Source: Selaginella moellendorffii (lineage: Eukaryota > Plantae > Lycopodiophyta). From it: DNA of 64,000 bases. Positions 22,907 to 34,143 of the stretch are shown one piece after another; position 1 is the stretch's first letter; each line of letters starts with the position of its first letter. Made by a program: the position numbers and the translations under genes. Below the pieces are notes generated by a model, which saw nothing but the letters and a program-made list of their open reading frames with translations, made no database searches and was not told where the DNA came from. The DNA lies in the NCBI RefSeq assembly GCF_000143415.4, contig NW_003314263.1, positions 2,854,041 through 2,918,040 on the forward strand, given 5' to 3'.

Positions 22907-23120
22907 TGCGATTCAACCCTGGCTATGGCGAGCAAACAAAACCCTCAAAATTTCTCACCCTGATAGAATCCACGGCTCGCAAGATGCCACCTAGGATGCC
23001 CGTTTGCATCCAACGGCTGATTTTAAATTTTGCCCTGACGGACGGTGTAGATTCGATGTTTTCAGGTGTCAGGTTCCAAGCCGTTGATTCTTTCTAGCTC
23101 TGGGTTTAGGGTTCTTGAGG

Positions 23121-25437
23121 ATGGAGGGCTTTGCACGAGCTGTGGGAGCCACGCGCCATCTCTATGTCGCGAATTGCTTGGGGATAGCTCTGGAATCCGT
23201 GAAGGCGGCATTCTCCGAGTTTGGGCCGGTGCTGGATGCTTGCGCCGCGGATTCGAGCAAGGCTAGGGTCATCGTGTCGTTTGAGAGGGAGGCGGATGCG
23301 GCGGCGGCCAGGGATGCGTGGAATCGGCAATGCTGTGGAGCGCTCGGGGAGCGCGCGCTGGTGATCGAATTCGCAGTTCCTCGTGAGAGAATCAAGGTAT
23401 GCCAATTGAGACTCTCTGTTCTTCTCGAGTATTGAGGAATTCGTTACTCGTCTTTGACAAGATTTTCTTCGCTAGTTGGTTGAGGTACCAGTGAGCACCT
23501 CGGCTCAGGAGCTGGGAATTCCAGGCCTCTCTTTGCTGACGGAGTTTATATCATCGCGGGAAGAAGAGGTGAGAATCAAAAACTTTCTTGGATCTCCAGT
23601 TGTAGAGATCTTTCATCGGATTTTTTAATTTTTTTTTCCAGAGACTCCTTCAAGAGGTCGATGCTAGGCCGTGGCAAGCTCTTGCGAAGCGTCGAGTCCA
23701 GCATTATGGATACGAGTTTCTATACAACGTACTCCTTTCGTTTTTATCTCTTGCGATCTTCTAAAAACTCAATTGTTTCTCCAGGCAAGAAATGTGGACA
23801 CCTCCAAGTTTTTGGGGGAGTTCCCAGACTTTCTCCAGCCATTGCTCGAGAAGATTTCCTCGATTGCTGAGCTCCAGGAAACCTCCGAGGCGACGTTTCC
23901 TTTCGACCAACTTACGGTACGTTTTGCTCTTGCAAGTTTGTGTCGTCGTCTCAAAACTTTCGAGTCTTTCTTTCTTTCATAGGTTAATGAATATCCTCGT
24001 GGTGTTGGCTTGTCCCCGCACATTGACACTCACTCCGCGTTCCAAGGCTCAATAATCTCTCTTTCTCTGGCTGGCCCTTGTGTCATGGAGTTCAGGAAGT
24101 ACGCGAGCGAAGGTGTGTCGCCGGAGTTTGAAAGAAAGGCGTTGTTCCTTCCGCAAAGATCATTGCTGATTCTATCCGGAGAGTCACGGTATGGATGGCA
24201 CCACTATATACCGCATCACAAGGTCTGTTATCTCGTACTCTTCGTTTCCTTGCTAACGCTTCATGTCGACTGTGTAGTTTGATCTCGTATCTGGTCAGAG
24301 CGTCCCGCGAGAGTCGAGAAGAGTCTCCTATACATTCCGAAAGGTTTGGTTTGTCTCTTCAAAGTAACTCTCCTTGCGACCATCTTTGCAGGTTCGTCAT
24401 GGCCCCTGTCGTTGCAACTTTCGGCAGTATTGCGATTCTCAGTGCCATTCTCAGTCCGACTCTGGAGCTGCAGAGATAGTTGAAAGTGTTGATCAAGAAG
24501 AAGCCGATCCAGATGACCTCGCAACGCCGGAAATAGAGAAAACTTTCGTTCACAAAGTCTACAACGCCATTGCTCCACACTTCAGCTCCACAAGGTTTGC
24601 AAAGTGGCCCAGAGTTGCCGCTTTCCTCGACTCGCTGCCCCCGAGCTCAATGGTCATCGACGCTGGCTGTGGAAACGGGAAGTACTTGGGCCTCAACGAC
24701 AGCTGCTTCTTCGTCGGCTGCGATGTGAGTCCGCAGCTCATCTCCATCTGCGCACGGAGAGGCCACGAAGTTTTCGTCGCGGATGCTGTCAACTTACCGT
24801 TTAGAACAGGCTGCTACGACGCGGCCATCTCGATCGCCGTGCTCCACCACCTTAGCACCGAGAAGAGGCGGAGGAAAGCAATCGTAGAGCTTCTGAGGAT
24901 AGTGAGCACCGGAGGCAAGGTGCTGGTCACAGTGTGGGCCGCGGAACAGGAAGACAAAGGACTCGTCAAGAAATGGACTCCTCTGGATGAGAAATGCGTG
25001 GAAGGATGGGTCGGGGACATGGACGGGGGTGGTAAAAGCAAGAGCTTTCCAGCGACGTCGTCGCCATCTCTAGCAAAGATCGACGAAGCCGAAGGAGAGG
25101 CTGGAATGGTTAGCGCTGAAAATCTGGAAGAGCAGCAAGAGTACTTCGTACCGTGGCACTTGCCTTACCATCGCGCGGAGATCGCCGGCTCCGCGGAGGC
25201 GGTCGTGAGTGGCTTCGCGAGGAAGGACGATAAGAAGAGCGCCGTTGTCTACAACCGATACTACCATGTCTTCGTCAGAGGCGAGCTCGAAAGGTAAGTC
25301 TCTTTCTTCTCAGTTTGGTTTTCTCTTTCGATCATTCACGGCTGCTGTGCAGGTTGGTTTCATCGATCGATGGTGCCGTAATCGTTGATCACTTCTTTGA
25401 CAAATCGAATTGGTGCGTTGTATTGCAAAAGTCGTGA
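23121..25437 (+). CDS. ALKBH8: ALKBH8-TRM9 fusion: RRM + AlkB dioxygenase + Zn finger + tRNA wobble-uridine methyltransferase
   Basis: HLYVAN RRM; PHIDTH, WHHYIP and RRVSYTFR (AlkB); CRCNFRQYCDSQ; VYNAIAPHFSSTRFAKWP, DAGCGNGKY, ISIAVLHHL, RYYHVFVRGEL, DKSNWC (Trm9). Confidence 0.93.
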
Positions 25438-25611
25438 CTTGTGTCATCAAGTTTTATGAACGATATGGTTCTCTCTTGTTTCTAAGGTACCCTGTTTCGT
25501 TTCCATTTTGGTTCCTCACTCGCCTCGTCTCGTCTCGTTATGTACAAAGTCATCTCTTAAGTACGTTATAGAGTCCAAAATTGCGGTGGTGGTGGCGGAT
25601 AACGATGAGAG

Positions 25612-27372
25612 CTAGCTCTGGCGAGCTTGGAGCAGCTCAAAGCTCGGAGATCCCGCGAGTCCAAGCCAGGAGGAAGAGCTGTCTGGCTGCTGCTGCTGAT
25701 GCTGCTGATGCTGGAAGCTATTGTCCTGGAGTGCCTGGACCGCCGCCGTGAGGAACATCTGGTGCCTGCTCACCACCGGATCGATGAATGGTTTGTTCGT
25801 TTCCATCGTCACTTCCGAGTCCGAGGAGGATCTCGGGGAGAGGATGTCTTCCACTCGGTACGAGGGCCCCCTGCTGCCACTGGGAGTCGAGGCCGGAGGC
25901 ATGAGAAACGTCCCTGGTGGCCTGCATAGCTTGAAGGCGTGCTCCTTCTGGTCGCTGGGGGATTGTATAACGCAGGGAGAGAAGACGCTGCGCTGCTGGT
26001 ACCGAGAGTTCTCCAAGCGTTCCATGCCCGCCAGCTTTTCCTGGATGAACACGACCATTTTGTTACGCACTTGGACGTGGAACTCGATTGTAACTTACCT
26101 GAATTGTAATGACGGTCTTCCACATGTTTGCGAACTGAGTATCGAGCGTCAGCTTCTCCACGATCTGGAGCTCCTGGCGGAGTTTGCCTTCCTGCGAAAA
26201 CGATTTGTTTTAAGCTATAAATGAAATGAGAGTATACCTCCATCATCTTACGAACTTGAGTCTCCAGGCCATCCAGTCTCTCGACAGGTTTTCCTTGCAG
26301 CTGCTGCACTTCACTGCGAGAAAGACAACGAAAGGAAGTTACAAACTAGACGTTTCCAGCACGGGACCCGACCTTCGCAAGAGCTCTACCTCTTCCTTGA
26401 GAGATTTTATCGCTTCGTGTGAAGACTCGCTCGACGATTCTTGTACTTGATGCATCTCGCTAGCAGCACAAAACCAGAACTTAGAACGTCAAAGTTTACG
26501 AGAAAATCGACAAGCTCCATACCTTCGAAGGCCATCAAAGCCCACCTTAAGTGCTCTTATCTCTCCCTCAACGTTCGTGATGGTAGGATCGCCCTTCTTC
26601 CATCCAGGAGGCGGAATCCACCAAGGATCACTTACGTTGGCATCTTTCCTCAGCTCCATGAAGCTCGCATCCTCGAGCCAGTACTCCATCACGCCTTCGG
26701 GATTGTGGCGTCGTCGAAATCGTTGGTCCCTCACCACCACCCGGTCGCTCATGTGCTTTAGAAGATGATCCAAAAGCCCAGTGTCGCCAATGAATTTCCT
26801 CGCCTCGTCTCTCAGGACATGCCTCGCAATTGGAGCTCCCGGGGTCGCTCCTTTCTCGTGGAGGATCAGGACGAGACTCTCTTGAGCGGCAGAATACCTG
26901 AAGAAATCGCAAAGGAAAAAGAAAGAAAACAAGAAAGGAGCTTGAATGCTCGTTCCAAAATCCCCAATCTGTAGATTTGTACCTTTCATTCGACCAGCGT
27001 CCTTGCATGTCCTTGGGAACTTTCAGCAGCGATTTGGAGCAGCCCTTGACGACGATCTGGAGGTTCTCGTCCGGATTGGTCGTGTATTTGATTTTCTTGC
27101 GCGTTCCCCATTTGATCTGCCTCTCGCTGAGATCTTTCTCGCAGTCTTCTCCCTCTGCACGATCGATCGGCCAAGAAAGATCCAAATTACGCAATGCGAG
27201 AAAGACGAGAGATTTTACCCGACTCGCTGCAAATCTTCGTCTGGATCGGCTCCACACGGAGAGCCTGCGGCCGCCGGCGCCGGCGATAGAACTGGCCACA
27301 CCTCGGCGATGATTGCTTGAGCTCCATATCGATCGCATCGCATCGCTCCGGGCTAACCCTGACCAGCGCCAT
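25612..27372 (-). CDS. DYAD/SWI1/AMEIOTIC1-like protein, short paralogue (start uncertain; alternative ATG at 27474)
   Basis: GRWSNERY, LRDEARKFIGDTGLLDHLLKH, RFRRRHNPEGVMEYWLE, DPWWIPPPGW, coiled coil, C-terminal WLGLA. Confidence 0.85.
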
Positions 27373-27599
27373 TGGCGCAGCGGTACCGCGCTTAGGGCTC
27401 TTGCGCTCTCCCCTAGAGCAGGCTAATGAGAGCCTTCGCCTCAATGGAACAGAGAAGCGACCACATTGCGCCATGGCCAATACTCACGACGCATACAGAC
27501 AATGATAGCCGTGCCGTACGGTAAATTACATGGTTAAATGGTAAAAGTATAGTAGATCCATTTCAGCTGGCTGGGACATGACAGTTAATTAGGTCAATT

Positions 27600-29020
27600 T
27601 GCTGTATAATCTAAACAAAAAATTTAATAAATAATAATTAATAATTAAAATGCATTTAACAATATTAGCTAAAATATTTAACAATTTTATTAATAATTGT
27701 ACTAATTGATACTAATAAGTAATATATGATCATTTTCTTAAATAACTCATGAAAAATGAAAAAAATATCATTACATGTACTATTTATAACACTTACTTCT
27801 ATTTAATAGACTTTAGTTTATGCTTATATTATTCACAATTTTAAATATATTTTTATTAGTTTTAAATTTTAATAAAAAATAAAGATAATTTTGTATTAAA
27901 ATGTGATATATAATACATATAATCCATTGCTATTTCAATAGTGTTAAATTTTAAGTTCCAATTTTTATGAATTTTTTGATCCTAACATATCTTTGTAGCT
28001 GTAATAATAATACTTTTTGCTTCTCTTTATATTATTTTAGCAAAAGCTGATATTATATAAATTATTTCTACTAGTAATATTTTAAATAGGTTTCTAAATT
28101 AAAATTAAAATTTTAAACACATTAAGTAAATATTAGTTATTTATTCCATTATATGTTTACATGAATATGTACATTTAGATGATAACTAATTAGGTTATAA
28201 ATTATGGTTACTAAAAAATTCTATCAAGTACTTTTGTTCAAAATCTATCTATATTTGATTTAATATTTTAATTCAAATTTAGACAAAGCATTTATCATTT
28301 AAGAAAAAAAGAACTAAAATGTATAAAGCTAAGAGTTTTTCTTCAACAAATTTCTGGATATCATAAACTTGATCCTACTTAGTTCTTCTCAAAAGAAATA
28401 ATGTCAAAATATTTTAAAAAACTAAAAAACAATAAATAAAGAACAAATCATTAAAGCAAATATGTGATTGAGAATGAAAAATATTATTGATCACATTTTG
28501 TCATTTTGAAAAAGTTTAAAGTTGTTTTTTAAATATTTGTATTTAAAAACTTTATATATATATATATGTAGTAATTTTGAAATTCCTCAGTTAACTTTAT
28601 ATTTTGTAAACATATAATATTAAATGTTTATTATATCTTTATGACACATTTTATCCTTCATTTGAATTACAACTATACTTTTTGTGTTTATATATTATAA
28701 TACAAGATTAATTTAAATAAATACCAACCATTAGTTAGTAGAATATCCCAGAATATCCAAGAATTTTATTTTTTCACAATAAATAATATCAAAAGTATAT
28801 TTTCACTAAAATATGTGTATTTTATTCAATTTGTATATATTAAATTAGCAATTTATATATGGCTAATTTTGAGAAACCTTTAATTTAGAAGAAATAACAT
28901 TTAATCATTTGTTTTTTTATTTAAATTGAGAATATATAGAATATATAGATATGATATATATATTTCCAAAATATGAACAAATAAGAACCCAAAGCCCTTG
29001 AGTTAGTTAGTATACATAAT
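27600..29020. other. AT-rich non-coding island
   Basis: Very AT-rich, CpG-poor; no ORFs. Confidence 0.7.
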
Positions 29021-29194
29021 CTTGGGAAAATGCACCAGATCTTGAATACTGGGGAAATACACGGAGATCTTTCAAAGCTCCCAGTGTTTCCATTTGGCAT
29101 TACGCCATAAACCTTATTCTTACAATACAAACTATGAAATGAATTTACAAATGAATTTACTCTAAAAGGTTGTCAACCTTTACTCTAAAGGTTT

Positions 29195-30255
29195 TCACGA
29201 TTGCGTTGCCGTGGGAGAGGTGTTCAGAGCTACGTCAACAAATTTCCCATTTTGCTTGGGTAACTCGATTCCACTCTCCAAATCCGGGGATTCACTCTCT
29301 TCAGCTTCCTTCTCGTCGGGCACCTGCCACGTCAGCAAGTTACCGGGTTTGTAATATATGTAGTGGCAAAAGAGCTGGACGGCGCCTCCGGCTAGTCCAA
29401 GAACATTGGGAACCTGAATTGGGCAAAACTCGATGTTAATTCCCTGTAAATATTTTGGCCTTTACTGCAGAAAACTTACCAGTATGTAAATGTCGTGCTT
29501 CAAGAGCGCGTACGCAAACCACAGGGCACTGTTGATGAAGACGGTCAAGCACAGGTAAAAAGGTAAGAACTCGACGCTTTTGGTCTTGAAAATCCGGTAC
29601 TGCAAGACAGAGGTTTTGTGATTAGCGATGATAACAAGGAAAGTTAAGGTTTTAATCCGCCAACTTACCATCACGGACAAAGGTGACCAATACATCGCGA
29701 TGTTGAGGACGATGCAAAGAACTCCAAAGATTGTAATCCTCGTGTCTTTACTATGGATTCCGAGACTTATGCCAAAGCCCACGGCCGCCATGATCGCCAA
29801 GCACGAAAACGTATAAAGGGATGCTCTTTTCTGCAAATTCAAAAGGGGCAAAGTTGGCAAAGCGATTCGATCAACCCTCAAAACAAATCCTTACCAGTGC
29901 CTTGGGCGATTTCCTCGCGTAGAACAAGAAAAGCAAGACGTAGATCACGTTGAGAACTGTCCCAAGCCCATTGATGGTGACGACCAGCGTTGCGTTTTTG
30001 TTAATTGGCGAGCCATACAGAACCCAGAGAATACAATTCAGGAGCGAGGCGATATAGGGCACCGAGGAGAAGGATTCCGTGGATTTCTTCTTTGCAATCC
30101 TTATGAAAGTGAGTCTGCAATGGAAAAGCAAGAATCAGATTGGGAAAAGGGGGTCATGAAGCAAGAAAAAGAGTGAAAACATACATCGAAGACAAGAACA
30201 TCAACGCTGCGACAACATTCCCAGCCACTCCAATAATCGTTGCTGCGATCGCCAT
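29195..30255 (-). CDS. SWEET: SWEET (MtN3/saliva) sugar transporter
   Basis: GVAGNVVAALMFLS, KKKSTESFSSVPY, TINGLG, MYWSPLSVM, TKSVEFLPFYL, VPNVLG. Confidence 0.93.
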
Positions 30256-30421
30256 GCTGTTCTAAAACCCGTAAAGCTCTCACAACCCTATTACACCAAA
30301 ACACCAAAGCCTCAGTTTTATAAGACAGGTAACACCCTTTTTACTAGCGAAAAGGCTCCTTTTGGGTTCATAAAATCTTATCCATTCAATTTCTTATCCA
30401 AAACGAAATAAGAGTTTATAG

Positions 30422-32158
30422 TTAACAGACATTTATATCATCTCCCACACAATTGTGGCACCTGAAAAGCTTGTTTGGATCCACCACCTTTTTGATCGAC
30501 TTTAACCTCTCAAAGTTCACTCCAAAGAATGACTCTTGCCAGTTAGGCTCGTTGAAATCGGCCTCGTTGAGATAAGCTCCGGACTCTTGCGTAAGATCAC
30601 GTAGGAGGCTGTTTGCATGCGTGAGTGCCTTGGTCTTTACGTCTTGCTCCATCAAACTCGTCCCTTCCGGCCAAGAGGTGGGCAACACAAGCTGCCACAG
30701 AGCCTTCCTCCACACGGGATTCACAGCGTTGTCTTGCTCCTCCGCCACCTTTCCACCCGCGACAAAGCAGCCGATGATCCGCCCAATCCCATTGTCAAGA
30801 ACATTCACCAATGCCTGGGCAAGCTCCATCGACGATTTCTCCATCGTCTCGCGTGGTATCAGCCTGGAAGCAATCTGCAAGTTGTGGCCAGTACTCTCCA
30901 CGCATTGTGCACCGAAGTAGGCGCAAGACGCCGCTTGTCTCCAAACTAGAAAAGATGGAAACTCCTTCACGTTTGCAACCTGGATCGTGAGCCCCTGCTG
31001 CTGCCGGACATAGCTCAGAAAGCCACCCAAGGTTTCGTTCACTCGCGACGCCTCGCCGTTGGGAATGAGATATCCAAAAAAGAGCCTCTCGCGCCTGATC
31101 TCAAAGTAACCCGCCCAGTTCTCATCCGATAGCGCACCCTGGATCTCAATGAAGTGCCGGGTTACCTCAAGGAGACTAGGGGCATTCGCCGGGATGATGC
31201 TCACAAAGGTTCCGATCACACGACTGAAAGCCGGGAAAGTCCGGTATGTTGCGGATACCACAACTCCAAAAGTTCCGCCACCTCCGCCCCGCAGGGCCCA
31301 GAAGAGGTCCTGGTTCTGGCATGCATTCGCGACAACAAGCTCCCCATCTGCAGTCACAACCTCAAACTCCAAAACATTGTCCGCCGCCAGTCCAAACATG
31401 TGGGAGATCGGGCCATGCCCGCCACCTTGAACATAGCCCCCTGCCGCTGCCACTGTTCCCGACATCGCCCCGACAACAACAACTTTCCGTGTGTCTGCCG
31501 CACGGTAAACATCCTCCCAAACATCACCTGCATGAACCTTGACCGCACTCTGACCGCGTTGACCAGCACTGCAACCCGCCGGCCTGAAGTCGTCGCTGAA
31601 GCTGATGTTCCTCAGGTCCCGGGTCCAGACGACCATTGACCCGGCTTCCGTACTTTGACCGTGGTAGCTGTGCGCGCCACCTCTGACCTTGAGCTTCAGG
31701 CGGTACTTCGCCGCGAAGCGCACGGCCGCCTGGACGTCGCCGGCGGTGGCCGCGCGGACCGAATATTCTGGAAGATTCCCGCGCCGGCACTGCCCGTTCT
31801 TGGCCGCGGTGGTGTTGAGCGGGCAGCCGTCCTCGCCCAGGAGCTCCCAGTTGGCGTACTGGACGGCGGCGGCTTGGTCGATCCGCCAGCTCGGGTCGGA
31901 CCATCGGGACATGGCGATGGAGCACGAAGCGTTGTCAAAGGTGTCCTTGTAGCAGGGGAGGGCGGCAGGGATTGGGACGAGGAGCCGGCCAGCGATGGAG
32001 GAATTGAGGGCTTTCCAGGCGTCGGCGCTGGGCCAGCAGGACTCGCTTGGATTGGAGCACTTACAGGCACTTGCATTGGTGTTTTGGGCGCTGGAGATGA
32101 AATTGGAGATGGAGAAGATCGTGGAAAAGAGAAGAAGTAACGCCATTGCTCGTCCCAT
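30422..32158 (-). CDS. Secreted FAD-linked oxidoreductase (BBE/VAO superfamily), fungal-type; intronless, 578 aa
   Basis: Signal peptide; CWPSADAWKALNSSIAGRL, RGGAHSYHGQS, GGYVQGGGHG, DLFWALRGGGGGTFGVV, GAYLNEAD, KKVVDPNKLF. Confidence 0.92.
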   Translation of the reverse strand: MGRAMALLLLFSTIFSISNFISSAQNTNASACKCSNPSESCWPSADAWKALNSSIAGRLLVPIPAALPCYKDTFDNASCSIAMSRWSDPSWRIDQAAAVQYANWELLGEDGCPLNTTAAKNGQCRRGNLPEYSVRAATAGDVQAAVRFAAKYRLKLKVRGGAHSYHGQSTEAGSMVVWTRDLRNISFSDDFRPAGCSAGQRGQSAVKVHAGDVWEDVYRAADTRKVVVVGAMSGTVAAAGGYVQGGGHGPISHMFGLAADNVLEFEVVTADGELVVANACQNQDLFWALRGGGGGTFGVVVSATYRTFPAFSRVIGTFVSIIPANAPSLLEVTRHFIEIQGALSDENWAGYFEIRRERLFFGYLIPNGEASRVNETLGGFLSYVRQQQGLTIQVANVKEFPSFLVWRQAASCAYFGAQCVESTGHNLQIASRLIPRETMEKSSMELAQALVNVLDNGIGRIIGCFVAGGKVAEEQDNAVNPVWRKALWQLVLPTSWPEGTSLMEQDVKTKALTHANSLLRDLTQESGAYLNEADFNEPNWQESFFGVNFERLKSIKKVVDPNKLFRCHNCVGDDINVC

Positions 32159-32474
32159 TGGAGAATCCTTGAAGAACTACCTCGTTCTAAAGATCTTGCC
32201 TTTGTCAATCACTCGAGAATTGAGAACGCTGCTGTGTAATCGATCTCAATCAATCGAGAATTGACCAAAGCTGTGTGATCGATCGATCAATCCCCAAGAA
32301 AGAATGAGGTAATGTGGAAGAAGAGAATGCTCGCTTTAAAAACCGGGAAGAACGCGTAGCTATTGCTTGCCAAAGACGCGTTTAATTTAAAACTAAACTG
32401 TCGGGTATATTACCAGCATAAGTTTTGGCGGGAAACTGCGTTTTAGGGTTCTTCGAGCGCTGGGGGCAAGCGAG

Positions 32475-33711
32475 ATGAGCGACGCTCGGATCGCATGGCA
32501 AGTGGAGCTGGCGCAATTCGTCCCGCCGTTCGAGGGGCTTCACCGGCGATTCTTGGCGGGCTCCTGGATCATCTCCAAGTCGGCGGCTACTCTCACGATC
32601 AACAGCGCCTCCGCGACGCTGGCCATCGTTCTCAATGGCAATGTCTATGTGAGTTTCTTGGCATAGCGCGTTGTTTGTTTGCTTCGCGTAGTCGTTCTAT
32701 TGTTTTGGCTTGGCCGGCATTGGCTTTTGTAAGAAAACCACGGTTTCTAAATGGTTTATTTTGTATCTTCTTGTTGTCCAGGAAGAACACTGTGTTCCCG
32801 ACTTGTCGTTTGCTTGGCCTCGTACCACTGGGAGCTCGCGAGTCATTCTCGCAAGCTACGCAATCTCTGGAACGGTGAGTTCGATTTTATTTTTTATTTT
32901 TTAATCTCCGAGATTAGAAAAGAAAAAACAATTCTACGATCGTTTTTTTTTTTTTTGTTTGCAGACATACAAGTTTGGAATGAGGTTCGAGAACGACGAG
33001 GAAGCGTCGAAATGCTTTAAGATCCTCGAAGTACGTGCTACTGTTTTGTATTTTATCATTGTTTTTCTTGTTTTAACTTGCTTGTTCTGTCTAGGCTGCC
33101 GCGTCCATTCCCAGGGGTACTCTAGAAAGCGTGGTCCCGAAAATCTACAGCGAGATGGACTGGACAGCCCCAGGAGCTCCCGACCAATTCATTCCGGAAG
33201 TGATTGAAACCAACAGTCCCAACGGGGCCCGAAGCAACACCTCGGGAGCAGGGTCTGTTCTCCCGGATCCAGAGGTAGTCTTAGCACTGCCATGCCCAGG
33301 TACTTCGCTTCGATACAACTTTAAGAAATCTCAGAGCTTTCTAAGCTAGAATTTTTTGGTTTATCTTAAGCAGGATCCAGTAACAAGCCATCAGCACCCG
33401 CGCTCAAAGAGCAAATCCATACGAGCAACTCTTTGATCAGCACCAAACCTTCAGGGCCGGAGCTCAAGGAGCAAATCCTCGTGAGCAACTCTTTGATGAA
33501 ATCAAAGACGTTTTATAACTACTCCTTTCGCTGTTTTCGCAGAAATGCCTCATGGATCCTTCGTTCCCAGGCAAGGCAGTAAAAACTTCTCTGGTTTATA
33601 TCAAACCTGGCTAAAAAATTGATGACGATTTCTTCCAATGCAGCTTTCGTGAACGAGGTCGAGAAAATCTGGCACGAAATCGGACACAACGTCGAGACGC
33701 TGCAGACGTAA
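32475..33711 (+). CDS. PHS1: POOR HOMOLOGOUS SYNAPSIS 1 / REC114-like meiotic DSB factor
   Basis: WQVELAQF, EEHCVPDLSFAWP, SRVILASY, KFGMRF (PH-like domain); C-terminal LKEQILKCLMDPSFPAFVNEVEKIW (REC114 signature helix). Confidence 0.8.
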
Positions 33712-34143
33712 CTTCGACGTCCTAGTAGCTAAATTTTTTGCTGTAGACGAGGTAAGTACTTTCAATCACAGTAGTAGTTTTATAATCCCAGAGATGAGCT
33801 TTTAATGCGTGTTTTTCCCTCCAGGCAATGATCAGCGATGTACCTCGAAGAATCTAACTAGTCGCTCCAAAGGCTAAGAGCTTAGATCGAGCAAAAGGAT
33901 AGAGAAGGCACGGCTTTAAAAAATTTTTGCTAGCCTTTCTGTCCGTTAAAACAGTACACTCTCTACTACGAAGCTTAAGTTTTTCACGAAGATGCCCAAG
34001 CGTATCACGGTTAGCTGTTGCTATCGCGGGGAGAATATGCTGCCGTGAAGCGGGAAGATTCCAGTGACCAGTACGGCTGGCCGAAATTGGAAATTCAAGG
34101 TGGCCAAGTACGTACCGTACAGAGCTATGGGAAGTGAAAGCCA

